From Thermoanaerobaculia bacterium (GTDB taxonomy: Bacteria; Acidobacteriota; Thermoanaerobaculia; UBA5066; Gp7-AA6), in assembly GCA_035263845.1 (NCBI GenBank), contig DATFQY010000191.1, positions 37 to 64,036 of the forward strand: DNA of 64,000 nucleotides, written 5' to 3'. Below the pieces are notes generated by a model. The model saw nothing but the letters and a program-made list of their open reading frames with translations, did not search any database and was not told the origin of the DNA. Shown piece after piece: positions 31,251 through 40,998 of the stretch (within the stretch, counting starts at the first letter, position 1; every line of letters starts with the position of its first letter). The translations under genes were made by a program, and so were the position numbers.

Positions 31251-32942
31251 TTGCGCCCCGAAACCCGCACGCCGGCATCTCCCCGGTCGTTGAACCTGCT
31301 CACGGCGATCCGGCTCGCCGTGCTGCTCGTCATCCTCGTCTCGGCCTTCCTGCTCCACACGAGCTCGGCCGGCGACCTCCCGCTGACGTTCCTGTACTTC
31401 CTCCTCGGATTGAACGCCGCCGCCCTGACGCTGGGGATCTTCCAGTGGACGATGGGCCGGTCGCTGCCTCACACCGTCTGCGCGTACCTCCAGTCGCTCG
31501 GGGACATCGTCCTGGTGACGCTCCTGGTTTACGCCTCCGGCGGACCGTACTCCGTCTTCAACTTTCTCTACCTGGTGGTCATCGGGGTCTCCGCGGTCCT
31601 CCTCGTGCGGCCGGGTTCGCTCGTCATCGCGACGGCGGCCGCGCTCTCCTACGGCGCGGTCGTGGAGCTGCTCGCCAAGGGGGTGCTCCCGGCACCGCCC
31701 GTCACACCCGTATCGGACTGGACGGGAAGCCAGGTCCGCTACAACTTCGCGATCTCGGTCGTGGGGTTCTACGGCGTGGCGTTCATGGCGGGGTACCTCT
31801 CCGAGAAGCTCCGCGCGACGAGGACCGAGCTCGGCCGCCGGCAGAAAGCCCTCCAGAAGCTCCAGAACCTCCACGGCAACGTCATCGCGACGATGGCCTC
31901 GGGCCTGCTGACGACGGACTCGCATCAGCGCATCACCTTCGTCAATCCGGCGGGGGGCGCGCTGCTGGGCGTGGACCCGGCGCACGCGGCGGGGATGTTC
32001 CTCCAGGACTTCGATTTCGAAATGCCCGAGAACTGGGCGACGATCTGGGACGGCGACAGCACCTGGGACAGTTTTCGCGGAGAGATCGAGATCAACCGCA
32101 AGACGTCCCGGCGCGTCATCGGCTACTCGCTGCGCGGGCTGGTGGACGCCGACCGAGAGATGGGGCTGCTCATCCTCTTCCAGGACCTGACCGAGATCAA
32201 GAAGCTCCAGCGGCGCGCCCGCTTCAACGAGCAGCTCGCCGCGGTCGGGGAGCTCGCCGCCGGCATCGCCCACGAGATCCGCAACCCGCTGGCGTCCATC
32301 TCGGGCTCGGTCCAGGTGCTCTCCAACGAGTTGACCGTCGGCTCCGCCGAGAGGCGGCTGATGGAGATCATCGTGTCCGAGTCCAAGCGCCTCTCCAAGA
32401 TCCTCGAGGACTTCCTGCGCTTCGTGCGCCCGCAGGAGCGGCGGGTCGCGGACTTCGACGTGGCCAACTGCGTCTCCGAGGTGATGGACCTCTTCCGGCT
32501 CTCCGACGAAGTCTCCGATTCCCACCGCATCGAGGCAGTCGTCGAGCCGCCGCACTCGACGCTATCGGGCGACCGGGACCAGGTCCGGCAGATCATCTAC
32601 AACATCGCCAAGAACGCGGTTCGCGCGATGGCCGCGGGCGGCACGCTCACGGTCCTGGGACGAGAGCAGGAAGGCTGGTATAGCATCCGCTTCATCGATA
32701 CAGGCCGAGGCATGAGCGAGGAAGAGCTGAGCCGTCTCTTCACCCCGTTCTCCACGGCGTTCGACGGCGGGACGGGGCTCGGGATGGCCATCGTCCGGAA
32801 GATCGTGGAGGACCATGGAGGCACGATCGAGGCGGACTCGACCCCAGGGGAGGGGACCACGGTGACGGTGCTTCTGCCGCGCAACCCGGTCCCGCGCGAG
32901 GCGACACCGGCCAGGACATCCTTCCAGGAGGCGGCCCTGTGA
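31251..32942 (+). CDS. pilS: Sensor histidine kinase (PilS-like)
   Basis: Six TM segments, a PAS domain, HisKA (GIAHEIRNPL) and HATPase_c. TTG start. Confidence 0.75.
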   Translation: MRPETRTPASPRSLNLLTAIRLAVLLVILVSAFLLHTSSAGDLPLTFLYFLLGLNAAALTLGIFQWTMGRSLPHTVCAYLQSLGDIVLVTLLVYASGGPYSVFNFLYLVVIGVSAVLLVRPGSLVIATAAALSYGAVVELLAKGVLPAPPVTPVSDWTGSQVRYNFAISVVGFYGVAFMAGYLSEKLRATRTELGRRQKALQKLQNLHGNVIATMASGLLTTDSHQRITFVNPAGGALLGVDPAHAAGMFLQDFDFEMPENWATIWDGDSTWDSFRGEIEINRKTSRRVIGYSLRGLVDADREMGLLILFQDLTEIKKLQRRARFNEQLAAVGELAAGIAHEIRNPLASISGSVQVLSNELTVGSAERRLMEIIVSESKRLSKILEDFLRFVRPQERRVADFDVANCVSEVMDLFRLSDEVSDSHRIEAVVEPPHSTLSGDRDQVRQIIYNIAKNAVRAMAAGGTLTVLGREQEGWYSIRFIDTGRGMSEEELSRLFTPFSTAFDGGTGLGMAIVRKIVEDHGGTIEADSTPGEGTTVTVLLPRNPVPREATPARTSFQEAAL

Positions 32943-34381
32943 GCGGCGCGCGGCTCCTGATCGTGGACGACGAGGCGTCGATCCGCGACATGCTGGCCTT
33001 CTTTTTCCACAAGCGAGGCTTCGAGGTCCTGACCGCCTCGAACTACGCCGAGGGCTCGGCCTCCGCGCTGCGCTCCTCGCCCGACCTGATCCTCTGCGAC
33101 ATCAAGATGCCCGACGGCAACGGGCTGGACCTGCTCCGCAAGACCAAAGCCGAGAACCCCAAGACGCCGGTCATCATGATCACCGCGCACACATCCGCCA
33201 AGGACGCGATCGACGCGATGAAGGCCGGCGCCATCGACTACATCTCCAAGCCGTTCGACGTCGAGGAGCTGGGGCTGCTGGTGGACCGCGCGCTCGGCGA
33301 GAAGCAGCTCCAGGACGAGAACATCTACCTCAAGCAGGAGCTCGCGGCCAAGTACACCTTCGCCAACATCATCGGCAAGGGATCGCGGATGCAGGAGATC
33401 TTCCGCACGATCGAGAGGATCGGCCGGGTCTCCTCGACGGTCCTGCTGACGGGCGAGAGCGGGACGGGCAAGGAGCTCATCGCGCGGGCGATCCACTACA
33501 CGTCGATCCGCAAGGAGAAGAAGTTCGTCTCGATCAACTGCGGCGCTCTGCCGGAGACGCTGCTCGAGTCCGAGCTCTTCGGCCACGAGCGGGGAGCCTT
33601 CACCGGCGCGGTCAAGGAGAAGCGAGGCCTCTTCTCGGAGGCGGACGGCGGGACGCTGTTCCTGGACGAGATCTCCGAGACCACCCCGACGATGCAGGTC
33701 AAGCTCCTCCGGGCGATCCAGGAGAAGCTGATCCGGAAGGTCGGCGGCAACGAGGAAACCAGCGTGGACGTCCGCATCATCGCGGCGACCAACAAGGACT
33801 TGAACGACCTCGTCTCCTCGCAGCGCTTCCGCGAGGACCTCTTCTACCGGATCAACGTCATCCCGATCGCGCTGCCGCCGCTGCGCTCGCGCGTGGAGGA
33901 CATCGCCCCCCTGACGCAGCACTTCATCGGGATGATCTGCAAGGAGCAGAGGATCCCGGAGAAGAAAATCTCGACGGAGGCGATGCGGCTCCTCGAGGCG
34001 TACCCGTGGCCGGGCAACGTCCGGGAGCTCGAGAACACGCTGGAGCGGACGGTCGCCCTGGAGGGAGGACCGGTCATCACGGCGTCGAGCCTCCCCGAGG
34101 CGATCGCGCTCGGCGTGCGGACGCGCGTGCCCGACTTCGAGAGCCTTCCCGCCGAGGGGATCAACCTGGAGGCGTACCTCGAGGCGGTCGGCAAGCGGCT
34201 CATGCGCGAGGCGCTCGACCGCTGCGACGGGGTCCAGACGAAGGCCGCGGAGCTGCTGCGGATGTCCTTCCGCTCCTTCCGCTACTACGCCAAGAAGTAC
34301 AACCTGGTCCGGAAGGAAGACCTCTACGAGGACGAGTCCGCGACGCAGCCCGCCGAGCCCGCGGAGATGGAAGGAAACTGA
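32939..34381 (+). CDS. pilR: Sigma-54-dependent response regulator (PilR-like, NtrC family)
   Basis: REC domain, AAA+ sigma-54 activator (GESGTGKE, GAFTGA) and a C-terminal HTH. Confidence 0.85.
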   Translation: MSGARLLIVDDEASIRDMLAFFFHKRGFEVLTASNYAEGSASALRSSPDLILCDIKMPDGNGLDLLRKTKAENPKTPVIMITAHTSAKDAIDAMKAGAIDYISKPFDVEELGLLVDRALGEKQLQDENIYLKQELAAKYTFANIIGKGSRMQEIFRTIERIGRVSSTVLLTGESGTGKELIARAIHYTSIRKEKKFVSINCGALPETLLESELFGHERGAFTGAVKEKRGLFSEADGGTLFLDEISETTPTMQVKLLRAIQEKLIRKVGGNEETSVDVRIIAATNKDLNDLVSSQRFREDLFYRINVIPIALPPLRSRVEDIAPLTQHFIGMICKEQRIPEKKISTEAMRLLEAYPWPGNVRELENTLERTVALEGGPVITASSLPEAIALGVRTRVPDFESLPAEGINLEAYLEAVGKRLMREALDRCDGVQTKAAELLRMSFRSFRYYAKKYNLVRKEDLYEDESATQPAEPAEMEGN

Positions 34382-34845
34382 TCCGAATCCTCACCGTCTC
34401 GCTGGTCTTCGTCGCCGCCTGCGGCGCGGCACCCACGCCGGCGAAGCCGTCCCCCACGCCGGCCGCCGCCGCGGGCCCCAGGGTCGCGATGCCGTCGGGC
34501 GCCGTCTACAAGCTCGAGGTGGCGCGCACCCCCGAGGAACAGGCGCAGGGGCTGATGTTCCGCGAGAGCCTGCCTGAGCGCGGCGGGATGATCTTTCTCT
34601 TCAACGACAAGTCCTCTCACCGTTTCTGGATGAAGAACACGATGATCCCGCTCGACATGATCTGGATGGACGAGGCCGGGAAGGTCCTCTTCATCTCCCC
34701 CGACACGCCGCCTTGCAAGGCCGATCCCTGCGCGAGCTACGGCCCCGAGACTCCCGCCGCCCAGGTCCTGGAAATCGCCGGAGGGATGGCGGTCAAGGAA
34801 AAGATCGTCGTGGGGTCAGTCCTTCGCTTCGAGAACGTGAAGTGA
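34378..34845 (+). CDS. DUF192-family lipoprotein
   Basis: Lipobox LVFVAAC and conserved DUF192 core (LDMIW.D). No in-frame ATG; start is probably CTG or another non-ATG codon. Start uncertain. Confidence 0.5.
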   Translation: MIRILTVSLVFVAACGAAPTPAKPSPTPAAAAGPRVAMPSGAVYKLEVARTPEEQAQGLMFRESLPERGGMIFLFNDKSSHRFWMKNTMIPLDMIWMDEAGKVLFISPDTPPCKADPCASYGPETPAAQVLEIAGGMAVKEKIVVGSVLRFENVK

Positions 34846-34912
34846 AGAATCTGTGATTTGTGATTTTGTGATTTGTGAACAGGGCGGAAAGCCGATAGCG
34901 CGGCTGCCCTCA
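34846..34912 (+). repeat. GAAGAATC-(TGTGATTTGTGATTTTGTGATTTGTGA)-ACAGGGCGGAAAGCCGA hairpin module
   Basis: Read directly. Begins right after the DUF192 stop codon. Confidence 0.6.
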
Positions 34913-34937
34913 GTGGCCCGGTCAGGAACGATGGAGA

Positions 34938-36695
34938 CTACGGCTCGAAGAGGAAGAGGCCGTCGCCGGTTGTCCCGACGTAGAGGCGTCCCCCGGGGGC
35001 GGGGGCGGCGGTGGCGAGAGCGAGGCCCGCGCGGGGGCTCGAGACGGCGAGGCGGCGGCCGCCTTCTTCCCAGATGAGCTTGCCGCCGATCTCCTGCAGG
35101 GAGCTGTAGGAGCCGGTGGCCGTCTTCTCTTCCATGAAGATGCCTCCCTTGAGCAACCCGGCGCGGTGGCTCGACCACGCCTGGCCGTTCCAGCGAGAGA
35201 TGCCTTCGCTCGAGCGGACCTCCAGGAGCGGCCCGCCCGCGGAATCCGAGAGCAGCTCCGCCGCGGAGGGCGCGGCGGGTCCGCCGATCGTCGCGAACTC
35301 TTCTCCGGCTCCCCCGATTCGGAAGCTTCCCGCGCTGGTCACCAGCACAGGCTGGAGGAACGGCGACCCGTAGAGAGCGATCGGGCTTCCCGCTGGCGGG
35401 CTCGCCGGCGCCGCCCAGTGCTCCCCCAGGTCGCGCGAGAACCGCAGTCCCGAGGACGAGGCGAGGCCCAGCACCGTCTTGCCGGCCGCGTCGCGGAAGG
35501 CAATGAGCGACGCCGACGGCGGAAGGGTGTCGCGCGAGACCCTGCGGACCCGCAGGCCCCTCGCCTCCCAGACGCCGCTCTCGTCGCCTCCGTACGCCCG
35601 GAAGAAGAAGAGCCGCGAGGGATCGTTGGGATCCGGCACGAGGTCCGCGACCCGCCCCTCGGTCAGCCCGACCGATCCGTTGACGAGCGTCGCTCCCCCG
35701 TCGTCCGAGTAGAAGACGCCTTCGCCTTCGGTCCCGACGAAGAGGCGTCCCGTCGACCGGTCCACCTCGAGCGAGGTGACGACGAGGCTCTCCCTCGAGA
35801 TGCGCGACCACGTCTCTCCCCCGTCGGTCGAGCGGTGCAGCCCTCCGACGGTCGCCGCGTAGACGACCCCCGGCCGCGTCGGGTCGCGCCGCACCGAGTG
35901 CGACCGCCGGTTCGTGAAGCCGTTCTTGAAGCGGATCCACTTGTCGCCGCCGTCCTTCGTCCGGTAGACCCAGCCGCAGGTGGAGACCCAGATGTCGCGG
36001 GGGTCGGATGCCGCGAAGTCCCACGAGTACACCGTCGCGTCGAGCACCATGCCCTCCGCGATCCGCGCCCACGTCTCGCCGCCGTCGCGGGTCCGGAAGG
36101 CCTGCCGCCAGGTCCCCGCATAGAGGACGCGCGGGTCGGCGGGATCGAAGGCCATCGATTCGACCTGCGCGAGCCCCGGGGTCTCCGCTCCCGTCCGCGA
36201 CCACGTCCGGCCGCCGTCGCGAGAGAGACGGACTCCGTCGTCGCCGCCCACGGCGAGCAGGGCCGGGTCGCCCGGCACGACGGCCAGTGCGCGCGTCGCG
36301 ACGGTCTCTTTCCAGGTCGCGAGGATCGTCCAGTCGGCGCCGCGGTTGTCGCTGCGGACGACGAGCCCGCCGGCGTACTGCCCCGCGAGCGACGCCCACA
36401 GCCTGCCGGCGACGCGCGAATCCGCGATCAGCGACGTGACGACGTAGCCCGGAAAGGCCGGGCCCGGGCGAAGCGGCGACCACGAGGCCCCGCCGTCGGT
36501 GGACCCGTAGAAGTTGCCCCGCGAAGTCCCGCAGTAGAGAGAGCCCGGCCGGAACGGATCCATTTCGAAAACGCGGACCTCGGCGCCCCAGATCGGGAGC
36601 CGCCACCACGTGGCCGCGCCGGCGGCGGACGCGACGGCGCCGGCGAGGCACGCCGCCGCGAAGACGCGAAGGAAGCGAGTGGAAAGAAGGCTCAC
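34938..36695 (-). CDS. BNR/Asp-box repeat protein (sialidase-like / Ycf48-like beta-propeller)
   Basis: At least six S-x-D-x-G-x-T-W repeats; signal peptide; GTG start overlaps the xdhC stop. Confidence 0.6.
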   Translation of the reverse strand: MSLLSTRFLRVFAAACLAGAVASAAGAATWWRLPIWGAEVRVFEMDPFRPGSLYCGTSRGNFYGSTDGGASWSPLRPGPAFPGYVVTSLIADSRVAGRLWASLAGQYAGGLVVRSDNRGADWTILATWKETVATRALAVVPGDPALLAVGGDDGVRLSRDGGRTWSRTGAETPGLAQVESMAFDPADPRVLYAGTWRQAFRTRDGGETWARIAEGMVLDATVYSWDFAASDPRDIWVSTCGWVYRTKDGGDKWIRFKNGFTNRRSHSVRRDPTRPGVVYAATVGGLHRSTDGGETWSRISRESLVVTSLEVDRSTGRLFVGTEGEGVFYSDDGGATLVNGSVGLTEGRVADLVPDPNDPSRLFFFRAYGGDESGVWEARGLRVRRVSRDTLPPSASLIAFRDAAGKTVLGLASSSGLRFSRDLGEHWAAPASPPAGSPIALYGSPFLQPVLVTSAGSFRIGGAGEEFATIGGPAAPSAAELLSDSAGGPLLEVRSSEGISRWNGQAWSSHRAGLLKGGIFMEEKTATGSYSSLQEIGGKLIWEEGGRRLAVSSPRAGLALATAAPAPGGRLYVGTTGDGLFLFEP

Positions 36696-37558
36696 GGCTC
36701 GAGGACGCTCTCCCGGACGCGGGAGCGGACAGCGGCGGCGCGGCGGACCGCCGTGACTTCGGCCAGGATCGAGACCGCGATCTCCTCGGGAGTCACGGCG
36801 CCGATCTCCAGGCCGATCGGGGCGCAGACTCGCCGGATCTCGTCTTCCCGGATTCCCTCCTCGCGGAGCCGATCGAAGACGCCGCGAATCTTCCGGTTCG
36901 AGCCGATCAGCCCGACGTACTTCGCCTCGGGGGCGCCGGGCGAGACCCACGGCCGCAGCGCCGCGAGGTCGGTCTCCCAGCAGCGCGTCACGACCGCGAC
37001 GTAGAGGTCTCGCCCCTTCGGCATCGCCTCGGAGGGGAGCGCGTAGTCCCTGCCGGCGCGGATCGTCCGGACGCCGGCGGGGAACCTCTCCGGCTTCGAA
37101 TACTCCTCGCGGTCGTCCGCGACGGCGACGTCGAACCCCAGGGACGGCCCGATCCGCGCGAGGGCGAGGCCGACGTGACCTCCCCCGTAGACGAGCAGCG
37201 CCGGCTTCGCATCGAGACGCTCGACGAGCACCCGGGCCGATCCGCCGCAGATCATGTTGGTGGGCTCGCGCTCGTCTCCGCCGATCTCCCTCTCGAAGAA
37301 GTCGTACCACTTCAGCAGGCGCCTGGGCCCGTCCGCCCGGAAGAGCGCGGCCGAGTCGGCGACGACGAGCGCCTCGAAGGGCCCGCCGCCGATCGTCCCC
37401 GAGAAGGTCCCGTCCTCGAAGACGAGGAAGCGCCGCCCGTCCTTCGACGGCCCGGACCCCTTCGTCTCCACGACGGTCGCCAGGGCGACCCTGCCGCGGT
37501 TCTGAAGTTGTTCGGCCAGGTTACGAAAGAAGGCCTCATCCGACATGGAACGGTTCAT
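36692..37558 (-). CDS. XdhC/CoxI family molybdoenzyme maturation protein
   Basis: XdhC_CoxI N-domain and Rossmann-like C-domain. Confidence 0.7.
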   Translation of the reverse strand: MNRSMSDEAFFRNLAEQLQNRGRVALATVVETKGSGPSKDGRRFLVFEDGTFSGTIGGGPFEALVVADSAALFRADGPRRLLKWYDFFEREIGGDEREPTNMICGGSARVLVERLDAKPALLVYGGGHVGLALARIGPSLGFDVAVADDREEYSKPERFPAGVRTIRAGRDYALPSEAMPKGRDLYVAVVTRCWETDLAALRPWVSPGAPEAKYVGLIGSNRKIRGVFDRLREEGIREDEIRRVCAPIGLEIGAVTPEEIAVSILAEVTAVRRAAAVRSRVRESVLEP

Positions 37559-37595
37559 TTTAGCAAGCCTTCTCTTCGGTTAGGATTCCCCGGCC

Positions 37596-38471
37596 ATGCC
37601 CTCCGTTCGCGTCGCGGTTTTTCCGGCAGCTGGCCTCGGGACCAGGTTCCTCCCGGCCACCAAGGCGCAGCCCAAGGAAATGCTGCCGCTGGTGGATCGG
37701 CCGCTCGTCCAGTACGTCGTGGAAGAGGCGTGCGCGGCGGGGCTCGACCGCATCGTCATCGTGACCGGACGCGGGAAGAACGCGATCGAGGACCACTTCG
37801 ACACCTCCTTCGAGCTGGAGAAGATGCTCGAGGAGCGGGGCAAGAGCGAGCTGCTCGAGCAGGTCCGCGAGATCTCGGGCCTCGCCCGGGTCTCTTACGT
37901 GCGGCAGAAGTCGGCGCTCGGCCTGGGCCACGCCGTGCTCCAGGCGAGGGACCTCGTCGGCCACGAGCCGTTCGCCGTGATGCTCGGCGACGACATCGTG
38001 GACGCCGAGGAGCCGTGCATCGGCCAGATGATCCGGGTCTTCGAGCGCCGCGGGAATCCCGTCATCGCGCTCCAGGAGGTCCCTCGCGAGCAGACGCGCC
38101 AGTACGGGATCGTGGCGGCGCGGCCGGCTGCGGGCGAGAGCCGCGTCGTGGAGATCCAGGACATGGTCGAGAAGCCCAGCCCCGAGAAGGCGCCGTCCAA
38201 CCTCGCCATCATTGGAAGGTACCTGCTTCCGCCCGAACTCTTCGGGATCCTGGAGGCAACCGCGGCCGACGTCGGCGGAGAGATCCAGCTCACGACGGGC
38301 CTGAGAGCGCTCTTGAAGCAGAGGCCGATCGACGGCTACCTCTTCGAGGGGAAACGCTACGACGCCGGCGACAAGCTGGGCTTCCTCGAAGCGACCGTGG
38401 AGTTCGCCCTGAAGCGCCACGACCTCGGAGCGCCCTTCCGGAAATACCTGAAGACCCTGAAGCTCGAGTGA
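37596..38471 (+). CDS. galU: UTP--glucose-1-phosphate uridylyltransferase
   Basis: AAGLGTRFLPATKAQPKEMLPLVDRPLVQYVVEEA. Confidence 0.88.
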   Translation: MPSVRVAVFPAAGLGTRFLPATKAQPKEMLPLVDRPLVQYVVEEACAAGLDRIVIVTGRGKNAIEDHFDTSFELEKMLEERGKSELLEQVREISGLARVSYVRQKSALGLGHAVLQARDLVGHEPFAVMLGDDIVDAEEPCIGQMIRVFERRGNPVIALQEVPREQTRQYGIVAARPAAGESRVVEIQDMVEKPSPEKAPSNLAIIGRYLLPPELFGILEATAADVGGEIQLTTGLRALLKQRPIDGYLFEGKRYDAGDKLGFLEATVEFALKRHDLGAPFRKYLKTLKLE

Positions 38472-38510
38472 AGAAGAATTTGTGATTTGTGAATTGTGAT
38501 CAGGGCCAAC
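38472..38510 (+). repeat. GAAGAAT-(TTGTGATTTGTGAATTGTGA)-TCAGGGCC element right after the galU stop
   Basis: Read directly. Confidence 0.55.
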
Positions 38511-38535
38511 CCGGTCTGGTCACGAGGTAGCCGTA

Positions 38536-38567
38536 GGGGCGGGGCTTGTCCCCGCCCGCCCCTTTCC
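38536..38567 (+). terminator. GC-rich hairpin GGGGCGGGGCTTGTCCCCGCCCGCCCC followed by TTTCC
   Basis: Perfect 9-bp stem downstream of galU with a weak U-tract. Confidence 0.3.
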
Positions 38568-38683
38568 GATTCGCCGTGCGAGCGAGGCGGCGACGATCGT
38601 CGAAAGAGATGACCGCTGACGACGCTGTCCGTCTCAGAGCCGTCGGCGCGGTGGAGAGGGGCGGGAGGGCGCAAGGCCCTCCC

Positions 38684-38968
38684 CTACGGCACCTTTTTCT
38701 TCGCTTCCGGCTTCGTTTCGGCTGGCTTCTCTTTCTTCGATTCCGTTTCGCCCGAATCAGAGCCGGAGCCTTTCTTTCCTTCCTTCTTCGCCCGGGCGTA
38801 GTCGGTCACGTACCAGCCGCTCCCCTTGAACTGGATAGCGGGGGCGGAGATCGCCTTCTTGAGCTTCCCGCCGCAGTGCGGGCAGATCTTGAGCGGCCTC
38901 TCGTTGAGCCTCTGGAGGACCTCCGTCTTCTTCCCGCAGGACTGGCAGACGTACTCGTAAAGGGGCAT
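38684..38968 (-). CDS. FmdB family zinc-ribbon protein
   Basis: MPLYEYVCQSCGKK...CPHCGG. Confidence 0.7.
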   Translation of the reverse strand: MPLYEYVCQSCGKKTEVLQRLNERPLKICPHCGGKLKKAISAPAIQFKGSGWYVTDYARAKKEGKKGSGSDSGETESKKEKPAETKPEAKKKVP

Positions 38969-38985
38969 CGAGCGATTCTAGATTG

Positions 38986-39741
38986 CTAGCTCGACAGGTT
39001 GCCGCCCGTTTTGTACTGGATCTTCTTGGCGCCGGAGACGGTGGCGCGGCCCCGTCGCAGCAGTCCCAGGCAGAAGAAGGCGTAGAGAATCCGGGCATTG
39101 TCGGCTTCGGAGCGGGGCGGGCGGGCGCAGAGCTCTCGCAGCGGGGTCTTTCCGTCCACGGCCTCGTAGAGGGCCCGCTCGGAAGGGTCGAAGAGGGAAA
39201 GCGGCGGGCCCGAGGTCTTCTCCAGGACCGTCCCGGCCGACCCGAGCCGGCGCGCGAGGCGCCGGACGTCGGATGTCCGGCGGATCCCGTCGAGGACCAC
39301 GTCGAGGATCGGGATGTCCACTCGCAGGAAGTCGGCGGAGCGGCGCGCGCCAACTTCGAACACGGCCTCGCCGGCGTCCCAGTCGAGCGCGCCGAGGACG
39401 ATGTCCCGGATCTGTCCCGCGATCGCGGCGTTCAACTTCTCCGGAGTGACGACACCCATCTGGAGAAGGACCTGGCCCATCCGCAGTCCCTCGCGGGCCT
39501 GCCGCGCGTAGGCCTCCCGCGCGGAGTCGGCGTCGAGGACCCCCTGCCTGTTAAGGAAGGACGCCAGCCCGCTCTCCCTCTCGTTGGAGGCGGCGTACAG
39601 CACCACTCCCTCGTCCAGGAAGAGTCGCCGGGCCCGCTTGTCACGGGTGACGCTCACGATCCCCGGCACGCGGTATCGGTGGATCGTGGTCAGCATCTCC
39701 GCCAGCGGCGTGGCGGAGAGATCGCCGCGGTACTCGAAGGT
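38986..39741 (-). CDS. DUF4388 domain protein
   Basis: GDLSATPLAEMLTTIHRYRVPGIVSV motif. The long 751-aa ORF is an over-extension. Confidence 0.5.
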   Translation of the reverse strand, partial: TFEYRGDLSATPLAEMLTTIHRYRVPGIVSVTRDKRARRLFLDEGVVLYAASNERESGLASFLNRQGVLDADSAREAYARQAREGLRMGQVLLQMGVVTPEKLNAAIAGQIRDIVLGALDWDAGEAVFEVGARRSADFLRVDIPILDVVLDGIRRTSDVRRLARRLGSAGTVLEKTSGPPLSLFDPSERALYEAVDGKTPLRELCARPPRSEADNARILYAFFCLGLLRRGRATVSGAKKIQYKTGGNLSS

Positions 39742-39801
39742 CCTGCTCATTTTGTGAGGCTTGGAGAAATGGTACCCCGACTGCGCCCTTAGAATGCCGG
39801 C

Positions 39802-40998
39802 GTGATCCGTGTTTCCGAGGCCCTGGAGGTCATCGCCGCAAATGCTCCGGCCCTGGAGGCCGAGAGCGTCGCGCTGGGGGACGCCCTCGGGAGGGTCCTC
39901 GCCTCTGACCTTGCCGCGGACGTGGACTGGCCCCCATTCGACACGTCGGCGATGGACGGATACGCCATCCGGCTGGCCGATGTGCCCGCCCCGGGGGCGC
40001 GCCTGCCCGAGCGCGGACGGGCGGTGATGGCCGGCGACGCTCCTCCCGGGCCGCTCCCGGCGGGAGAGACGGTGCGCGTGATGACGGGCGCGCCGATTCC
40101 GCCCGGAACCGAGGCGATCATCCCAGTCGAGCAGGCCCGGGCGAACGGCGGCGCCGTGATTTTCGAGCACCCGCCGGCGGCCGGGGCACACCTGCGCCGG
40201 CGCGGGGAGAGCATCCGGGCAGGCTCGGTCCTGGTCGCCGCCGGAAGACGGCTCACGCCGGGCGACGTGGCGCTCGCGGCCCTGGGCGGCGCCGACCCTG
40301 TCCGCGTGACCAGGCGCCCCCGGATCGCGATCGCCGCGACGGGCAACGAGCTCGTCGCCCCCGGCGGAAGGCCCCGGCCCGGGCAGATCCGGGATTCCAA
40401 CGGCCCGATGCTCGTCGCGCTTTGCCGGGCTCGGGGCTGGGACGCCCGCCGGCTTCCCAACGCCTCGGACGACGAGGCGGGCCTCGCGGCGCTCTTCTCC
40501 ACCGGCACGGAAGAGGCTGACGTGCTGATCACGTCCGGCGGAGTCTCGGCGGGAGACCTCGACCTCGTGCCGGCGGCCGCGGAGCGGCGGGGCTTCGAGA
40601 TCCTCTTCCACGGCGTGTCGGTCCGCCCGGGAAAGCCCGTGGCGTTCGGAAAGCGCGGCCGGACGCTCTGGTTCGGCCTGCCGGGCAATCCCGTCTCGAG
40701 CTCGGTCTGCTTCCACCTCTTCGCGCGGGACGCCCTCGACCGCCTGGAAGGCTGCTCGGCGCCGGGAGCGCCCCGCGCGCGTGTGCCCTTGGCGGGCGAA
40801 CTCCCCCGCAACGGCCCCCGCGAGACGTACCGCGACGCGAGGATCTCCGCGAACGGCGGGGTCACGTCCGTCGAGCCGCTCGCGACCGCGGGTAGCCACG
40901 ACATCCGGGCCCACGCGGCGGCCGACGCCCTGATCCGGATCCCCGCCGGCGCCGAGGCTCAGGTCTCCGGCGCGGTCGTCGAGTGCGTGCTGCTGTGA
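39802..40998 (+). CDS. moeA: Molybdopterin molybdotransferase MoeA
   Basis: 398 aa MoeA domains (SAMDGYA...GGVSAGD). Confidence 0.85.
   Translation: MIRVSEALEVIAANAPALEAESVALGDALGRVLASDLAADVDWPPFDTSAMDGYAIRLADVPAPGARLPERGRAVMAGDAPPGPLPAGETVRVMTGAPIPPGTEAIIPVEQARANGGAVIFEHPPAAGAHLRRRGESIRAGSVLVAAGRRLTPGDVALAALGGADPVRVTRRPRIAIAATGNELVAPGGRPRPGQIRDSNGPMLVALCRARGWDARRLPNASDDEAGLAALFSTGTEEADVLITSGGVSAGDLDLVPAAAERRGFEILFHGVSVRPGKPVAFGKRGRTLWFGLPGNPVSSSVCFHLFARDALDRLEGCSAPGAPRARVPLAGELPRNGPRETYRDARISANGGVTSVEPLATAGSHDIRAHAAADALIRIPAGAEAQVSGAVVECVLL

Noticed and set aside
34006-34845. Long ORF starting at the ATG at 34006 that overlaps pilR by 370 nt
   Set aside because: The first 124 codons are out-of-frame pilR sequence. 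The DUF192 lipoprotein signal (LIRILTVSLVFVAAC) begins only at about 34378, so the start is likely a non-ATG codon there.
38651-38700. Hairpin GGAGGGCGCAAGGCCCTCC followed by a T-run, as a plus-strand terminator
   Set aside because: The T-run is the coding sequence for the KKK tail of the minus-strand FmdB gene. In the fmdB direction the hairpin has no U-tract.
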